Assembly: GCA_015484945.1 (NCBI GenBank) | Contig: WFUO01000061.1 | Coordinates: 88,066 to 152,065 of the forward strand | Source of the DNA: Gammaproteobacteria bacterium | GTDB lineage: Bacteria; Pseudomonadota; Gammaproteobacteria; WFUO01 | Direction: 5' to 3' | DNA length: 64,000 nucleotides | Shown here: positions 62,897 through 64,000 of the stretch, one piece after another | How the letters are laid out: the number at the start of each line of letters is the position of its first letter | Numbering within the stretch: position 1 is the stretch's first letter | Position numbers and translations under genes: made by a program | The notes under the pieces: model-generated | What the model saw: only the letters and a program-made list of their open reading frames with translations | Databases searched by the model: none | Told to the model about the DNA's origin: nothing

Positions 62897-63712
62897 TCAG
62901 TGTTTCTCCTGCACCTGCCGTGCCGGTTCGCCATGCTGTGGCCAGGCGCTGGCGTCGATGGTCTCCTGGTAGGCATGCCAGGTCGCGTGGCCGATCAGTG
63001 GCAACAGCACGAACAGTGTAGCGGTAAGGAAGCCAATGGCGCTGAACAGCACGATGATGGCGGCCCAGACCAGCATCGGCCCCTTGTTGCGCAATACCGC
63101 ATGGATGCTGGTGAGCATGGCGGTTATGACATCGACCTGGCGATCCATGAGCATGGGTAGCGAGAATGCGCCCGCACAGAAAATGATGGCCGAGAAAAGG
63201 GCGCCGATCGCACTGCCTATGCCCAGGAACAGCGCCATGTCACGCCAGTCGGGATGTGCTTCGGGCGGGAAGAAGATGTGTACCGTGGAGGCGGCCCGTG
63301 CCCATAGAAGGAAGACGACCAGCAGGATTACCGCGAACATGACAACATTGCCGAGGTGCCGGCGTCCCTCGCGCAGACAGTAGCCGAGTACCGGTTTCTT
63401 TCCCAGTTGCAGCTGGCAACTGATGGAATACAGACCGATGGCCAGTACCGGCCCGATGAACATGAATCCAGACATCAGCGCCACCATGATGATGAAGCTG
63501 CCAAGTTTCCAGGCCAGGCCGGCGACCAGGTAGCTCAGCAGCATCAGTGCCATGCCGTACAGCAGGCTTTGTCGCGGTGCGCGCCGGATGTCCGACCAGC
63601 CCTGCCTGATCCAGCGCAAGGGCGCGTCGTAACCGATATTTCTGCAGGGTGCGACGAAGGGCATTTCTGCACGGTCGAAATGACCGGATTCCCGTTTCCC
63701 GGAAGTGTCCAT
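62897..63712 (-). CDS. integral membrane protein (DUF2189-like, tentative)
   Basis: PLRWIRQGWSDIRRAPRQSLLYG followed by several TM helices. The family assignment is from memory. Confidence 0.6.
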   Translation of the reverse strand: MDTSGKRESGHFDRAEMPFVAPCRNIGYDAPLRWIRQGWSDIRRAPRQSLLYGMALMLLSYLVAGLAWKLGSFIIMVALMSGFMFIGPVLAIGLYSISCQLQLGKKPVLGYCLREGRRHLGNVVMFAVILLVVFLLWARAASTVHIFFPPEAHPDWRDMALFLGIGSAIGALFSAIIFCAGAFSLPMLMDRQVDVITAMLTSIHAVLRNKGPMLVWAAIIVLFSAIGFLTATLFVLLPLIGHATWHAYQETIDASAWPQHGEPARQVQEKH

Positions 63713-63877
63713 GACTGCTCCTCCTTGCAGATTGCCTGCTGCCGAAAACCGGGTTTTCGTCCTTGACTGCCAGATGCGCCCCGACAGCCGGTAAATCTGC
63801 GTGAAATTATCAGGTATTTTGTTGTTATTTCTACGGAAAATACTAGATGGAGTTTGACATTTATCAAGATTTGACGG

Positions 63878-64000
63878 TCAGGACAGGGGAATTGCGACGC
63901 TGATGATGACACCGTCGCCGGACGGACGGTTGGCCGCGGCGGCACGGCCATGGTGAAAGTCGGCAATGAGCCTGACGATATGCAGGCCCAGGCCGAGGTG
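63878..64000 (-). CDS. sensor histidine kinase, C-terminal 40 codons (rest lies outside the window)
   Basis: The minus-strand frame reads HLGLGLHIVRLIADFHHGRAAAANRPSGDGVIISVAIPLS*, the G2-box/C-terminal end of an HATPase_c domain. Confidence 0.7.
   Translation of the reverse strand, partial: HLGLGLHIVRLIADFHHGRAAAANRPSGDGVIISVAIPLS

Noticed and set aside
63544-63966. A 140-aa minus-strand ORF spanning the 5' end of the DUF2189-like gene, the upstream intergenic region and the kinase gene end.
   Set aside because: It crosses an AT-rich intergenic region, overlaps the 5' end of the DUF2189-like gene in another frame, and runs out of frame with the clear histidine-kinase C-terminus (63878-64000).

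Overview
High-GC chromosomal window of gammaproteobacterial type. About 90% is housekeeping genes in blocks that match well-known E. coli/Pseudomonas gene orders. The blocks are: leuC(partial)-leuD-leuB-asd-fimV-truA-trpF-trpB-trpA-accD-folC-dedD-like-cvpA-purF-metZ; lpxH-ppiB / cysS / folD; a five-tRNA cluster (Pro-Arg-His-Lys-Leu) followed by tig-clpP-clpX-lon-hupB-tRNA(Val,Asp)-ppiD; fabI next to an oversized Yej/Sap-like peptide ABC importer; mltD / yafS-like methyltransferase-rnhA-dnaQ; M23 peptidase-xseA / guaB-guaA; and divergent cbbR-cbbM (form II RuBisCO), which together with a beta-carbonic anhydrase suggests an autotroph. I found no CRISPR array, transposase, integrase or recognisable defence genes. 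The most unusual locus is a low-GC four-gene cassette at about 46.5-48.5 kb. It encodes one small acidic protein, two paralogous four-cysteine secreted mini-proteins, and a membrane-anchored protein whose body is about ten near-identical 30-bp/10-aa repeats (RARQAR[IV]RAL). Other non-housekeeping content: two families of extragenic palindromic repeats that abut stop codons; a 205-bp tandem duplication carrying the 3' end of tRNA-Pro; a Cro/C1-type HTH gene embedded inside the ABC-transporter operon; a possible riboswitch-like leader before metZ; and a cbbM that lacks cbbQ/cbbO and is followed by low-GC hypothetical genes. All functional calls rest on by-eye motif and synteny recognition. No database search was run.
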